The notes: generated by a model from the sequence alone, not told the origin. 64,000 nucleotides of DNA from Mucilaginibacter sp. (GCF_039921305.1 NZ_JBDSCA010000061.1:11153-75152), one strand, 5' to 3'. Positions 1-10,513 are shown, counted from the first letter of the stretch. Numbers and translations: made by a program.

Positions 1-2202
1 GAAGAAACCAAACCTGTGGTTGGCCGCAAAACGCTCGGAACCGTTGTAACCAAAATCAACCTCAAATAGGTAGCGGTTATCGTACCCATAAGTAAACCTG
101 CCCGAAACACCTTCGTTACGTGCCGGCAGCGAAGTTTGCAGATCGGGCGCGTTACCTGTGAGGTAATTCCTGATGGTACCTATCAATAAAGCGCCTACAC
201 TATGCTTAACATTAAAAATGTGCGAGTAATTAAGCGCGGCTTCTGCATAAGTAGTACTGTTAACCTGGGCAGCACCGGGTGTGTAAGTCAAATATTCTGT
301 AGGTGTTACCCCAACACTTCCAGAAGAGCCATCGTTAAGCAGTGTTAAGCCGGTAAATACCCCATCAAGCGAGTTTGAACGGTAAAAATAAGGGCTTACT
401 TGGCGCGATACCGCAAAACTTGCATAGCGTTCGGTATAAGCCATCACCCTTGCCGACAGGCCCGGAGTAACTACGTCAAGGTTTTGTTTAAGGCTCAGTT
501 GTGCTATTAAAGTGCTTGTGTTAGATGTTTGAAAGCCCGATAGTGATTTCGCATAAGGGTTTACATATAACCCTCCGCCGCCCGGAATAAGCGAGTTACC
601 AAATAAAGGGTGCTTTGCATAAGGCAGTAAACCAGCCGGATAAACAGCCGGAAAAGCAACCGGATTGCTCCATAAAGCGTTATAATAAACGCCGCCACCA
701 CCGCCAATAGGTCCGTTATAATCATCAAATTGGCCTTTAAGGCTAACCAGAGCTTCTGTTGTTTTTGTAAGGTTTAAGGTAACGTTTGATAACAACGAAT
801 AAGATTGCAGCTTAATATTATTATTAAAACCATTAAGCGAATTATCTTTCAAATTGCCATTGTCAATATTGTAAGTCATGGCCAAATAGTACTTTGACTT
901 ATCCGAACCTCCGCTGGCATTTAAATTAAATCTTTCGTTATTGGTTTTGTCTTTTATTAACTGCTGTATCCAATTATTGCTTGGATATAATAATGGGTTA
1001 TCGCCATTAGCCGTATGGTCAATTTTATTTTGCAAATAAGGTAAGGCTCCAAGTGGGTTTCTGGTTAAAACGGCCTCGTTGGCAAGTGTCATATAAGTTA
1101 CATTATCAGCCAGGCCAATATTGCGGGTATTTGACGAAGTAGAATTCTCTACCCGTGCGTTAAGTTTCATCTTTCCGGGTGCACCTAATTTGGTATTGAT
1201 CAATATAACACCGTTTGCGCCCCGGGCGCCATATAACGATGTTGCCGTTGCATCTTTTAATACCGAAAAACCGCCAATATCATCGGGCTGTAGCCTTGCT
1301 AGATCGTTGGTGCTTGATTCGATACCATCAATTAAAATAAGAGGATCCACCTTGCCTGCGCCAAATGTGCCAACTCCTCTTATAAAGAACGAAGCATTGT
1401 CTTGTCCAGGCTCACCACTACGTTGGTAAGATATAACCCCACCTATTTTCCCGGCCAGCATGGTGGTAAGATTACTTGAAGGCCCTTTCAACTCAGTTGG
1501 ATCAACAGATGTAACAGCGCTTACCAGGGTTGTTTTTTTCTGAGTGCCATAAGCCACCGTAACATTCACTTCGGTTAGGCTGTTCGCCTTGGTTTTAAGT
1601 TTTAGATTGATAACCGACTTATTGCCAATTGCTATTTCTTGGGTATCATAACCAATGTAGGTGAAAACAAGTATTGCTTTGTCATCCGGTACGGTAAGGG
1701 CATACTTACCATTTAAATCGGTAGTAGTACCAGTTACCGAACCTTTTAGTTTTACAGATACGCCAATAAGCACCTCTCCATTCTCATCAGTAACCTTACC
1801 GGTGACGATTGTTTTTTCAATAACTACGGGCTGAATTGACGGTCTTTTTGTGATTAAGATTGAGGTATTAGTGATGGTATACATCACCGGCTGATTAGAA
1901 AAGCAGATATCAAGCGCTTGTTTTAATCCAGTATTATCTATGTGTAAATTAACCGGTTTGGATGTTTCCAGATCTTTCGCGTTGTACAGAAAATCATAGC
2001 TCGTTTGCTTCCGAATTTGCTCAAACACATCTTTCAGACTGGCGTCTTTAACGTGTATGGTAACTTTTTGGGCATACATTGCAGCCGAAGCTTGTAATAG
2101 AGCTGTCGTTAGCAAGATCATTGTTATCTTCATAATAAGCTGAACTTTATAAATGCAGCGGGTTTGGCTACCGAACTTGAATGCGGTAAAAATTTTATAC
2201 AT
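1..2202 (-). CDS. susC: SusC/RagA-family TonB-dependent transporter with N-terminal extension, 3' end beyond window start
   Basis: Not in the ORF track because the stop is outside the window. Hand translation from ATG 2202 (alternative ATG 2133) gives MYKIFTAF..MKITMILL..QKVTIHVKDASLKDVFEQIRKQ, then the SusC motifs VAYGTQKK, RSGEPG, LIDGIE, VLKDATATSLYGARGANGVILINTK and GYNGSERFAANHRFGFF at the window edge. Confidence 0.93.
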   Translation of the reverse strand, partial: MYKIFTAFKFGSQTRCIYKVQLIMKITMILLTTALLQASAAMYAQKVTIHVKDASLKDVFEQIRKQTSYDFLYNAKDLETSKPVNLHIDNTGLKQALDICFSNQPVMYTITNTSILITKRPSIQPVVIEKTIVTGKVTDENGEVLIGVSVKLKGSVTGTTTDLNGKYALTVPDDKAILVFTYIGYDTQEIAIGNKSVINLKLKTKANSLTEVNVTVAYGTQKKTTLVSAVTSVDPTELKGPSSNLTTMLAGKIGGVISYQRSGEPGQDNASFFIRGVGTFGAGKVDPLILIDGIESSTNDLARLQPDDIGGFSVLKDATATSLYGARGANGVILINTKLGAPGKMKLNARVENSTSSNTRNIGLADNVTYMTLANEAVLTRNPLGALPYLQNKIDHTANGDNPLLYPSNNWIQQLIKDKTNNERFNLNASGGSDKSKYYLAMTYNIDNGNLKDNSLNGFNNNIKLQSYSLLSNVTLNLTKTTEALVSLKGQFDDYNGPIGGGGGVYYNALWSNPVAFPAVYPAGLLPYAKHPLFGNSLIPGGGGLYVNPYAKSLSGFQTSNTSTLIAQLSLKQNLDVVTPGLSARVMAYTERYASFAVSRQVSPYFYRSNSLDGVFTGLTLLNDGSSGSVGVTPTEYLTYTPGAAQVNSTTYAEAALNYSHIFNVKHSVGALLIGTIRNYLTGNAPDLQTSLPARNEGVSGRFTYGYDNRYLFEVDFGYNGSERFAANHRFGFF

Positions 2203-2276
2203 TTGAATGTTAGGTTAAATTGGTTGTTCCTAAATAATTGATCGTATCTAACAAAGTTGTGCTTAAGCACAGATAC

Positions 2277-2300
2277 ATGGGGCGGCTCCAATCGCCCCAT
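2277..2300 (-). promoter_or_regulatory. GC-rich hairpin in the fecR-susC leader
   Basis: ATGGGGCG-gctccaat-CGCCCCAT, 8-bp stem; a perfect 12-bp palindrome GTGCTTAAGCAC lies just beside it at 2259-2270. Confidence 0.5.
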
Positions 2301-2345
2301 TATTTTACTTTGCAGATAAAGAGAAGTATGTTTAACATGTAAGCA

Positions 2346-3572
2346 TTATTTCATAACAATTACCCTCCTTTCTATGATCTTGAAATGAATGTTTCCCACC
2401 TCTTCCATGTAGGATAATAATTCGTTAATACTTTTTGAGCGGTAAAACGTTCCTCCAAATCTTATATCGGCAAAGTCTCCGCGGCACTCTACTTCTACAT
2501 CATACCATCGTGATATTTTTTTCATGATACTTTTCACGTCCTCATCACCAAATATGAAATATCCATTTTTCCAGGCCATAGCTTTTTCAATATCTGCTGG
2601 TGCTACCTTTATCGCATCTGCATTATTATTAACGATGGCTTGTTCTCCTGGTTTAATAAGCGCTAGCCGATCATTCTTTTTCACCTGGACAGAGCCTTCC
2701 AACAAGGTGGTTGTTATGTTATTATCATCTTCATAAGCGCTGATATTGAAATGTGTTCCTAAAACTCTGATCTCAACATTGTTGACACTGACAAAAAATG
2801 GTTTGTTTTTATTTTTTGCAGCTTCAAAATAAGCTTCGCCGGTGAGGGTTACCCGTCTTTCATTTCCGGTAAACTCTGTAGGAAATTTGAGGGAAGATGC
2901 GGAGTTTAACCAAACCTTAGTTCCATCAGGTAATATAACCTCAAATACACCACCTTTGGGTGTAGACAAAATATTATAGGAAGGTGTATTATTTTGTATA
3001 TTGGTAGAAACGCCAACCGTTGGCTGGGCATAGGTAAGTTGTGCTTTATTACTTTTAAAAACTTTGGCTTTTCCCATGCTTGCTATCAATCCGTCATTTG
3101 CTGTATCGAGTGCAATAACCTTTCCGTTTGATAGGGTTAGGGTTGCCTTATTGCCTCCAGGGAGTATAGGCATACTTACCTGATTTTGAACAATATTTGA
3201 ATCCCCCGTTTTATTTTTACTATTGATGATGTATAGACCAACACCCATACAAACAAACAAAACCGCGGCAGCGATTTTTAACCATGTATTTTGATAGAGT
3301 TTAACAACTTTAGGGAGATCATCATGAGGCTTAGGATGTTCATTTGCAAATCTCGGGTCCAACTTGATCTGTTGCAAAACATCATGCTTTCTTGGGCCGC
3401 GAAATTCCGGACCAACTTGTAGTTTGAGCATTTCCTCGTTAATAACATCAACTATGTTATCTGTTTCAGAGGCATTTAAATAATTTAACAACTCAATAGC
3501 ATCAGTTTTGCTTATCGTATCGTCAAAATATTCTTGCAGCAAACGCACAAGTTTGTCTTGGTTCATATTCAA
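2346..3572 (-). CDS. FecR-family anti-sigma factor
   Basis: TM helix, then IxPGGNKATLTL, STPKGG..ILPDGTKVWLNSASSLKFP..F.GNERRV.LTGEAYFE, VLGTHFNISAY, AWKNGYF; lies between an ECF sigma and susC. Confidence 0.95.
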   Translation of the reverse strand: MNMNQDKLVRLLQEYFDDTISKTDAIELLNYLNASETDNIVDVINEEMLKLQVGPEFRGPRKHDVLQQIKLDPRFANEHPKPHDDLPKVVKLYQNTWLKIAAAVLFVCMGVGLYIINSKNKTGDSNIVQNQVSMPILPGGNKATLTLSNGKVIALDTANDGLIASMGKAKVFKSNKAQLTYAQPTVGVSTNIQNNTPSYNILSTPKGGVFEVILPDGTKVWLNSASSLKFPTEFTGNERRVTLTGEAYFEAAKNKNKPFFVSVNNVEIRVLGTHFNISAYEDDNNITTTLLEGSVQVKKNDRLALIKPGEQAIVNNNADAIKVAPADIEKAMAWKNGYFIFGDEDVKSIMKKISRWYDVEVECRGDFADIRFGGTFYRSKSINELLSYMEEVGNIHFKIIERRVIVMK

Positions 3573-3658
3573 TTGGTTTTATAACTACCCGAGAGCTGGG
3601 CTGGTTTATTACTAATAGAACACACAAGTCAACCACTACGGCTAGTCTGTTTTAAAAT

Positions 3659-4234
3659 TTATTTAAAAAAAAAGAAAAAGAGACAAAGCAGTCCGCAATC
3701 GCTTAATCTGGACTTTATAGTTTTAAGCGCCGTACCCATGTGGTTTTTTACGGTATTTGGGGAGATATTTAACTGATCGGCAATTTCTCTATGAGAAAAA
3801 CCTTCAAAACGACTGAGCCTGAATATAATTTGCTGCTGTTTTGGCAAGTCGCCAATTACTTTTTTAGTTAACAACTCAAATTCGTTGGCAAATACAGATT
3901 CTTCTGTAGTATTGACAGTTTCTCTAAAATTAGCGAGCAGGTTTTCGGTATGGATTTTAGATTGGGTTATGTTTCTTAATTCATTTAAAGATAACCTCTT
4001 CCCAATAACATATAGGTAGAGCCAAACATTACCCTCTGAATCAAGCTTCTCTCTGTTTACCCAAAGATTGATAAATGTTTCCTGAACTATTTCTTCACTT
4101 TGCTCTACATCCTTTAAAAAACGGAAAGCCAATCTGAATAGTTTTTCACTGCAAAGGTCATAAATTTTTTCAAACGCGGCTTGATCTCCCATAATCAATC
4201 GCTGCATATCATCACTGCCTATATCCTCATGCAT
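3659..4234 (-). CDS. ECF sigma-70 factor (SusC-locus type)
   Basis: Region 2 SEEIVQETFINLWVNRE and region 4 LPKQQQIIFRLSRFEGFSHREIADQLNISPNTVKNHM. Confidence 0.93.
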   Translation of the reverse strand: MHEDIGSDDMQRLIMGDQAAFEKIYDLCSEKLFRLAFRFLKDVEQSEEIVQETFINLWVNREKLDSEGNVWLYLYVIGKRLSLNELRNITQSKIHTENLLANFRETVNTTEESVFANEFELLTKKVIGDLPKQQQIIFRLSRFEGFSHREIADQLNISPNTVKNHMGTALKTIKSRLSDCGLLCLFFFFFK

Positions 4235-4907
4235 TGCTTAAATTCAATTTATATACAGTTAAATTTTTCTTTCTAAAAAGATTGACATAGCAACCAAGCT
4301 TGTTTACTATAAAAAACACTTTTTGGTATTATGAACTACAATTGGTTATGATTGGTGGATGGTTAATCCTGATACTAATGTAGTAATAATTGTTAAAGCA
4401 ACACTAATTAAAAATGTTACAAATAATTAGCTTTAAAAATTGGTTGGCAGGCTTTATTTGAAATCAAATGAGTTGTATATTTCCATCAAAACAACAATAT
4501 AATATTATAAATATCTATTATACAGATATTTACATAAATAAAATTCAATAAATGAGATGTTTTTATATAATAACATTTTTTAGTGATTGTAATTAATTAC
4601 GTTCTGTTTTCTGCGATATTTCAAAGTGCTTGGTGGTATTCGCGCCGTGTTCCGGCCTCTTTTAGGGCTTTTGATATGCCTTCCAGGGCATAAGATACTG
4701 CCACAGCTTAAGTTAAATATAAAAATAGATAGCCGTTTTGATGTTCAGTCTAAGATTGGATACTCCGGAAGCCTCGCGCAGTGATTCCGTAGGCTTTAGA
4801 CCATCGGGTTGTGTTTGTAATGGTAGAAATTTAATTTGATAGTCATTGCCAAAAAAATCGCATTGGGAGCAGTGAAATGAAAACAATTACAAATGATTGA
4901 AAATAAA

Positions 4908-4925
4908 TTACTTGCCGATACAGAA
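4908..4925 (-). mobile_element. att core: displaced copy of the mnmE 3' end (FCIGK-stop)
   Basis: Minus strand TTC TGT ATC GGC AAG TAA versus mnmE TTC TGT ATT GGC AAA TAG at 37224-37241. Confidence 0.8.
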
Positions 4926-5138
4926 AGTACTTATGTTGTGATTATCAGCAATAATCATATTTTGAGTAACAAATGGAGAACAAAAATTTTGACCTATTTT
5001 TAGGACAATTCTAACCGTTTGGGGTGTAGAAAACTTGCCTTTTAGATGCGTTTTACGAAAAAAAGAATATCTGCAACTTTCAAAAAGGGGTTTTAATAAG
5101 ACACTAAAAGGGATTAAATGTTGCAGCCGGAAGCTCCA

Positions 5139-5825
5139 TTATGTTGGATACCTGAATTCAAAGCCAGTGCCCCGGACAGTTTCCAGGCTGATGTTCGTAT
5201 CGGCAATTAAATACTTACGCAGTTTGCTGACAAAGACATCCAGGCTGCGGCCAGAGAAATAATCATCGCTCTTCCAGATATGCAGGAGCAGTTCATTGCG
5301 CTTGATCAGCCGGTCTCGGTTCGCGCAAAAATACAGTAGCAGCGTAGCCTCTTTTTCCGTCAGCCGGGTATAGCCCGTCTCATGGCGCAGCAGCAGGCTG
5401 GGATGGTCAAAGATATAGCTGCCGATGTGTAATAGTTCGGGAATTACCGTTTCAGGCGGCTCCGTGCGTTTTAAGATGTTCTTCAGCCGCAGGACCAGTT
5501 CTTCTACCTCGAAGGGCTTGACCACATAATCATCGGCACCCAGGCCGAGCCCTTTTAAGCGGTCTTCTTTCTGGTTGCGCGCGGTCAGGAAAATAAAAGG
5601 TATCCCCGGATGGGTCGCGGTGATCTTTTCGGCAAGCGTAAAACCATCCATTACCGGCATCATCACATCCAATACACAGATGTCCGCAGTGTCGGTTTTA
5701 AAAAAGGCCAGGGCATCTGCGCCGTTCGTTTTCCAGCTGACCCGGTAGCCTGCCAGTTCCAGGTATTGTTTGAGGATACCGCCAAAATCCGGATCATCTT
5801 CCGCTAACAGGATGTGTTTATTCAT
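5139..5825 (-). CDS. OmpR-family response regulator
   Basis: Receiver ILLAEDD, CVLDVMMPVMDG, FLTA, KPF; winged helix LTEKE..LL..IW..GRSLDVFVSKLRK..TVRGTGF. Confidence 0.95.
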   Translation of the reverse strand: MNKHILLAEDDPDFGGILKQYLELAGYRVSWKTNGADALAFFKTDTADICVLDVMMPVMDGFTLAEKITATHPGIPFIFLTARNQKEDRLKGLGLGADDYVVKPFEVEELVLRLKNILKRTEPPETVIPELLHIGSYIFDHPSLLLRHETGYTRLTEKEATLLLYFCANRDRLIKRNELLLHIWKSDDYFSGRSLDVFVSKLRKYLIADTNISLETVRGTGFEFRYPT

Positions 5826-7132
5826 CGGGGTAAAATTAAAGTAAAAGTACTTCCCTGCCCGGTGCCGCTTTGCAGCAGAATCTTCCCACCATGGGCCGTG
5901 ATGACCAGTTCACTGTAATAAAGGCCTAAGCCCAAGCCCTTGGTATTATGAATATCGCCCTTTTCAGCGCGGTAGAACTTTTCAAAGATCCGGGCCTGGT
6001 CAGATCCGGTGATACCTATACCATTATCCTTGATGGTGATGCCATAACTATCCGTATCTGCAACCGTGGTAACAATGATCTGCCCCCCGCCGTATTTGAC
6101 GGCATTGTCCAGGATATTGACAATGGCAGTGGTCAGGTGAAAGCGGTCGGCTTTAATTGCAGCTACCTGGCTATCCAATTCGGCCATCAGTTCGATCTGC
6201 GGGCTGCCCAGCTTAAAATCTTCCAGCATTTCGGCGATAAAGGCAGGCATATGGATCAGTTCCCGATGCAGCCGGAGCTGCTGTGGCCCGGCGGTATGCG
6301 AGATCACTTGCCCGATCAGTTTCCGGAGCCTTTGCTGCTGGCGGTCGATGGTGGCGACCGAGTTATCCAATATCGGGTCTGGCTGTCCGGCGAGCCTGTC
6401 TTTTACTGTGCTGAGGGCGACCCCCAGGGTAGCCAGCGGGGTGTTGAACTCATGGGTGATGTTATTGATAAAATCGGTCTGCATATCCGAAATCTTCTTT
6501 TGGGTGACCAGGCTCCTGATCGACAGGTAAAAAAGCAAAATGACCACGCCCAGCAGCAGCACCGAAAAAATCAGCAGGCCCAGCATTTCCCGGAGGATAC
6601 TATTTTCGCCCCCGTTTATCGCGAAGCCCGAGCGGGAGGTAAAGTTCCGGACGAGGCCGCCGCTGATATTGTTGTCCGTGGTCAGGTCATGGATAACCAG
6701 CTGTTCGCCATGCAGCTCACCACTGCCGAACCAGGGCCGATCGGTCAGGGTAACCCTCTGGCCGGAGGGGCTTTCCAACAGGACCTTGTTGATCACGACC
6801 TGGTAAACCGTGCGGTATTGGTGCAGTATCGGGTTGGTATTGATATATTGGGCTACCTTTCTGCTCAATACCGGAGCCCCGGAACTGAAAAAACTTTCGG
6901 CCGCGGTGATTCCCTGCGCGCGCAGCAGGGCGTTGCCATGCACAAACCAGCCATTCCGGACCGAATCGATATTGATCAGGTTCTCCATCCGGATCAGTTC
7001 CAGGCGTACCACGCTCTGCGCTTCTTTCTCTTTGAGGATATAGGTATTGTAAATAAAATAAGACTGGATCGCCGCCAGCGCCGTTATCGCCAGGCTGCAG
7101 CCCCAGATCAGGTATCTTATTTTGCGCTTCAT
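5822..7132 (-). CDS. Membrane sensor histidine kinase
   Basis: Two TM segments; H-box FINNITHEFNTPL, N-box NILDNAVKY, DNGIGI, FEKFYR, GLGLGL; 4-bp overlap with the regulator. Confidence 0.95.
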   Translation of the reverse strand: MKRKIRYLIWGCSLAITALAAIQSYFIYNTYILKEKEAQSVVRLELIRMENLINIDSVRNGWFVHGNALLRAQGITAAESFFSSGAPVLSRKVAQYINTNPILHQYRTVYQVVINKVLLESPSGQRVTLTDRPWFGSGELHGEQLVIHDLTTDNNISGGLVRNFTSRSGFAINGGENSILREMLGLLIFSVLLLGVVILLFYLSIRSLVTQKKISDMQTDFINNITHEFNTPLATLGVALSTVKDRLAGQPDPILDNSVATIDRQQQRLRKLIGQVISHTAGPQQLRLHRELIHMPAFIAEMLEDFKLGSPQIELMAELDSQVAAIKADRFHLTTAIVNILDNAVKYGGGQIIVTTVADTDSYGITIKDNGIGITGSDQARIFEKFYRAEKGDIHNTKGLGLGLYYSELVITAHGGKILLQSGTGQGSTFTLILPR

Positions 7133-7256
7133 GAATTCAAAGATAGCGAGGCCAGTTCATTTAAATGCAGGAAACGGCGGCATTAACATTCCGTTAACCA
7201 AGCATTAACCAAATCCCGTCTTTCGCTAACGGAAGTTTGCAGCAAATTAAAAGATC

Positions 7257-9644
7257 ATGCGCCAACTTATTAAAGTTCTTCTTTACGTTTTCCTCTTCAT
7301 GCCCATTGTCGGGTTCAGCCAGGCGATCCGCTTGTCCGGTCAGCTACAGCACGAAAAGCAACAGCCGGTCCCTTATGCCACCATTACCTTGAGGAATCAG
7401 CCGGATTCCCTGCTTTTTAAAAGCACCCTTGCCGACAAAGACGGTCGGTTCGCCTTCAGCGGAATCAGCAAAGGTAATTATCTTTTACAAGTGAGCGCTG
7501 TCGGTTTCCAGGCGCGGCAGCAAAAGGTTACGCTTTCCGGCGATGCCGTTTTACCGCCCATTATCCTGCAGGAGGAATTGACCCAACTTGGGGAGGTTAC
7601 GGTCGCAGCAAAAAGGCCCACGGTCACCCGGAAGATCGACCGCGTGGAATTTAACGTGGAAAATACCGCGCTGTCCTCCACCAATGCCTGGGAGATCGTT
7701 AAACGCGCTCCGGGGGTGCAGTCGGGCGGCGGAGAGCTGTCCATTCGGGGCAGCAAGGGTATCCTGGTTACCATCAACGATAAAAAAGTGTACCTGTCCG
7801 GCGATGAACTGAAAGCTTACCTCGAAGGCACTAATGGCGGGGATGTAAAATCGGTCGAGGTGATCACCAACCCACCTGCCAGGTATGAAGCCTCGGGCAG
7901 CGCGGTCATTAACATCAAGCTGAGAAAGAATACGAAGTCTGGTTATAAAGGCTCTGTCGGCGGGAGTTATGTACAGGGGATCTACGCGAAAGGAAATATC
8001 AGCACCAGCCAGTATTACAAAACGGAAAAGTTATCGCTTTCCGGCAGTTATACCTTTGGTAGCGGCGTATATTATAATGAGATCAAAGAAGTGACCCGTT
8101 TTACCGCCGGGCAGCAGACCTGGGAGGATGAATTAAAGCGGAAGAACTACCGCGATGCGGAACATACCTACCGTGCGGGTTTGGATTATGCCATCGACAG
8201 CCTTAATAGCCTTAGCCTGGGAACGGACGGCTATATCGCCCGGCAAAACCATGCACAGTACAATGTGCCTACCCGGATCTACGATCAGGATCATCAGTTA
8301 GTCTCCTATTTCGAGACACAGAACAACCGGCTGGCACCCAATAGTAATCATGCTTATAACCTGGGTTATGACCATTTATTCTCTGCCAAAGAAAAGATCA
8401 GCCTAGGGGCTGACTATACCAATTACCGCAGCGAAGCAGACCAGGATGTACGCACGGCCTATTATTTAGTTAACCCGCGCAATGCCCGTTTTACCACTGA
8501 TAACACCCAGCACATCCGCTTATTCAGTACACAGCTGGATTACAGCAAACAAAGCAAATTTTTTGATTTGGAAACGGGCTTTAAATACAGCCGGGTAAAA
8601 GCGGCTAACGGTGTAGCATTCAGCATGGATACCACGGGTGGGTTGGTCAATGATCCGGCGCTGAGCAATACCTTTGCCTATGATGAATCAGTCTCGGCGG
8701 CTTATCTGAGCCTGAACAAAGACCTGAAAAGCTGGAGCCTGAAGGCAGGACTAAGAGGGGAATATACAGCCATTAACAGCCATTCGGTAAGCCCCCCGGA
8801 GCTAAATAGCCAGCATTATTTCAACCTGTTCCCTACCTTGTTTATCCAGGATAAGTTGTCGCCGGATCATCAGCTGGGATTTTCTTATGGCAGACGGATC
8901 AGCCGCCCGCAATACAGGTACCTGAACCCGTCCAGGAGCTACTTTAGCCCCAATTCCTACCTGGTGGGCGATGCCCGGCTGAAACCGGCCACGACCGATC
9001 AGTTTAACCTGAATTATGATTACAAGGGAAATTATCATGCACAGCTGTACTACATCAGCGAGCGCAACCCGACAATACAGCTGCCTTTCCAGGATAATGC
9101 GACCAATACACTGATCCAAAAAGTAACCAATATTCCCGGCAACCATTATTACGGCATTGACCTGAGCACCAGTTTACAGCCCGCATCCTGGTGGTCTGTG
9201 GATGTGCAGGCCGGGCCGGGGCATGTGGAAAGTAGTTTCGGGCTCGCGGATGGTACTGTATTACATAACCGGGCTTTTACCGTCAGCGGCAGCCTGGACA
9301 ACCAGTTGACGGTCAATAAAAAAGCGGATTTTACGGCGGGCGTCAATTTCAGTTTCAACACTGCCGGTGTACAAGGCCCTGCCAAAGTAAGCGGTACGAG
9401 CAGCCTGGGTTTCAGCGCCCGGAAAAAACTATGGCAAAACCGTGCGGAGATCTCCCTGCTGGTATCGGATATCTACAGGGGTGAAAAGATGAAGGTCAGT
9501 TCGGACTATTCCGACCAGCACAATTATTTCACCTATTATGGTGACAGCCAGAACCTGCGCATCAGTTTTAAATACAACCTGGGCAATACCGGCCTAAAAG
9601 CAAAGGCAGCTAAAGAGAAAACGGAAGAACAAAACCGCTTATAA
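7257..9644 (+). CDS. Outer-membrane beta-barrel / TonB-dependent receptor family protein with N-terminal carboxypeptidase-regulatory-like domain
   Basis: Signal peptide, LGEVTVAAKRP, EVITNPPARYEASG..INIKL, GLRGEYT, LFPTLF, SYGRRISRP, C-terminal SFKYNLG; divergent from the two-component pair. Confidence 0.85.
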   Translation: MRQLIKVLLYVFLFMPIVGFSQAIRLSGQLQHEKQQPVPYATITLRNQPDSLLFKSTLADKDGRFAFSGISKGNYLLQVSAVGFQARQQKVTLSGDAVLPPIILQEELTQLGEVTVAAKRPTVTRKIDRVEFNVENTALSSTNAWEIVKRAPGVQSGGGELSIRGSKGILVTINDKKVYLSGDELKAYLEGTNGGDVKSVEVITNPPARYEASGSAVINIKLRKNTKSGYKGSVGGSYVQGIYAKGNISTSQYYKTEKLSLSGSYTFGSGVYYNEIKEVTRFTAGQQTWEDELKRKNYRDAEHTYRAGLDYAIDSLNSLSLGTDGYIARQNHAQYNVPTRIYDQDHQLVSYFETQNNRLAPNSNHAYNLGYDHLFSAKEKISLGADYTNYRSEADQDVRTAYYLVNPRNARFTTDNTQHIRLFSTQLDYSKQSKFFDLETGFKYSRVKAANGVAFSMDTTGGLVNDPALSNTFAYDESVSAAYLSLNKDLKSWSLKAGLRGEYTAINSHSVSPPELNSQHYFNLFPTLFIQDKLSPDHQLGFSYGRRISRPQYRYLNPSRSYFSPNSYLVGDARLKPATTDQFNLNYDYKGNYHAQLYYISERNPTIQLPFQDNATNTLIQKVTNIPGNHYYGIDLSTSLQPASWWSVDVQAGPGHVESSFGLADGTVLHNRAFTVSGSLDNQLTVNKKADFTAGVNFSFNTAGVQGPAKVSGTSSLGFSARKKLWQNRAEISLLVSDIYRGEKMKVSSDYSDQHNYFTYYGDSQNLRISFKYNLGNTGLKAKAAKEKTEEQNRL

Positions 9645-9663
9645 CAGGATACTGAACGCGCAA

Positions 9664-9849
9664 CTACCTGCTGGCTTTCAGCCGTTCCGCGAGTTCCCGG
9701 GTCTGCGCGTTCGGCACCAGCAAATACGCACGTTCCGCCCATTTTCGCGCATCTTTCCGGCCGGGGTCGCCCGGCGGCAGTACTTCGGCAAAAGCCTCAG
9801 CGACGTTGTACAGGGTGGCGGCAGGTTGCCCTGAGTATTCCGCCAACAT
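9664..9849 (-). pseudogene. Orphan 3' fragment of a helical (TPR-like) protein gene
   Basis: TLYNVAEAFAEVLPPGD..KDARKWAERAYLLVPN..ELAERLK reads like a C-terminal helical repeat; its 5' end runs straight into the truncated hydrolase on the opposite strand at about 9845. Confidence 0.45.
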
Positions 9850-10513
9850 TGTTATCGTTCACGGCGCTTTTGCCGATGCCTCTGGTTGGGAAGCGGTGTA
9901 CAATATCCTGAAAAAGGATGGTTACCATGTTACGCTTGTGCAAAACCCACTCAGCTCATTGGAAGACGATGTTTCCGCTACGAGCCGGGCATTAGATAAG
10001 CAGGATGGTCCGGCAATCCTTGTAGGGCATTCCTGGGGAGGGGCGGTGATTACGCAAGCCGGTGTTTCGGAAAAGGTTGTGGGTTTAGTTTATATGGCAG
10101 CCTTTATACCTGACCAAGGAGAAACCGTTATTTCTTTGCTGCAATCGGGACCGCCATTGCCGGTAAACGGGATTTTGCCGCCAGACGAAAAGGGAATGAT
10201 TTATTTTGACAAGGCGAAATTCAGGGAATGCTTCGCCGCCGAACAAAGCGAAAACAAGGCAAATTTCATGGCTGATTCTCAGCAACCTATTACAGTTAAA
10301 TCATTTTTAACTCCATTAACAGAAGCGGCCTGAAAGAGCAAACCCTCATACGCTATCGTAGCAACTGAAGACAAAAGTATCAATCCATCGCTTGAACGAA
10401 CTATGTATAGGCGTGCTGGAGCCATAGTTACCGAACTCAAAGGAAGCCACACTTTATATATGTCGCAGGCGAAAGCTTTAGCTGATGTGATCGAATCTGC
10501 AGCACGAAAATAA
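9845..10513 (+). pseudogene. Alpha/beta hydrolase (Abhydrolase_6-like), 5'-truncated, with an internal TGA
   Basis: NIVIVHGAFADASGW, nucleophile elbow GHSWGG; TGA at 10331-10333 is followed in frame by KSKPSYAIVATEDKSINPSLERTMY..KGSHTLYMSQ..RK-TAA (10513), which carries the remaining catalytic Asp and His. Confidence 0.85.

Noticed and set aside
4600-4907. Possible gene remnant or third att arm left of the 4908 core
   Set aside because: Only short open stretches with no recognisable motif, and no AGTAACAA arm sites or phased array found, so I cannot say whether 1-4907 is a third island or the original chromosome.
6740-6760. GGTAACCC inside the kinase gene (also near 45545 and 46668) as extra sigma promoters
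   Set aside because: No TTAATAC partner at 14-nt spacing; all lie within coding sequence.
5948-7186. 412-aa plus-strand ORF
   Set aside because: Antisense shadow of the histidine kinase in GC-rich DNA; no recognisable motifs.
10331-10333. TGA as selenocysteine or programmed readthrough
   Set aside because: The position corresponds to Trp, not Cys; no SECIS-like hairpin seen; the gene is also 5'-truncated; other genes here use TGA as stop.
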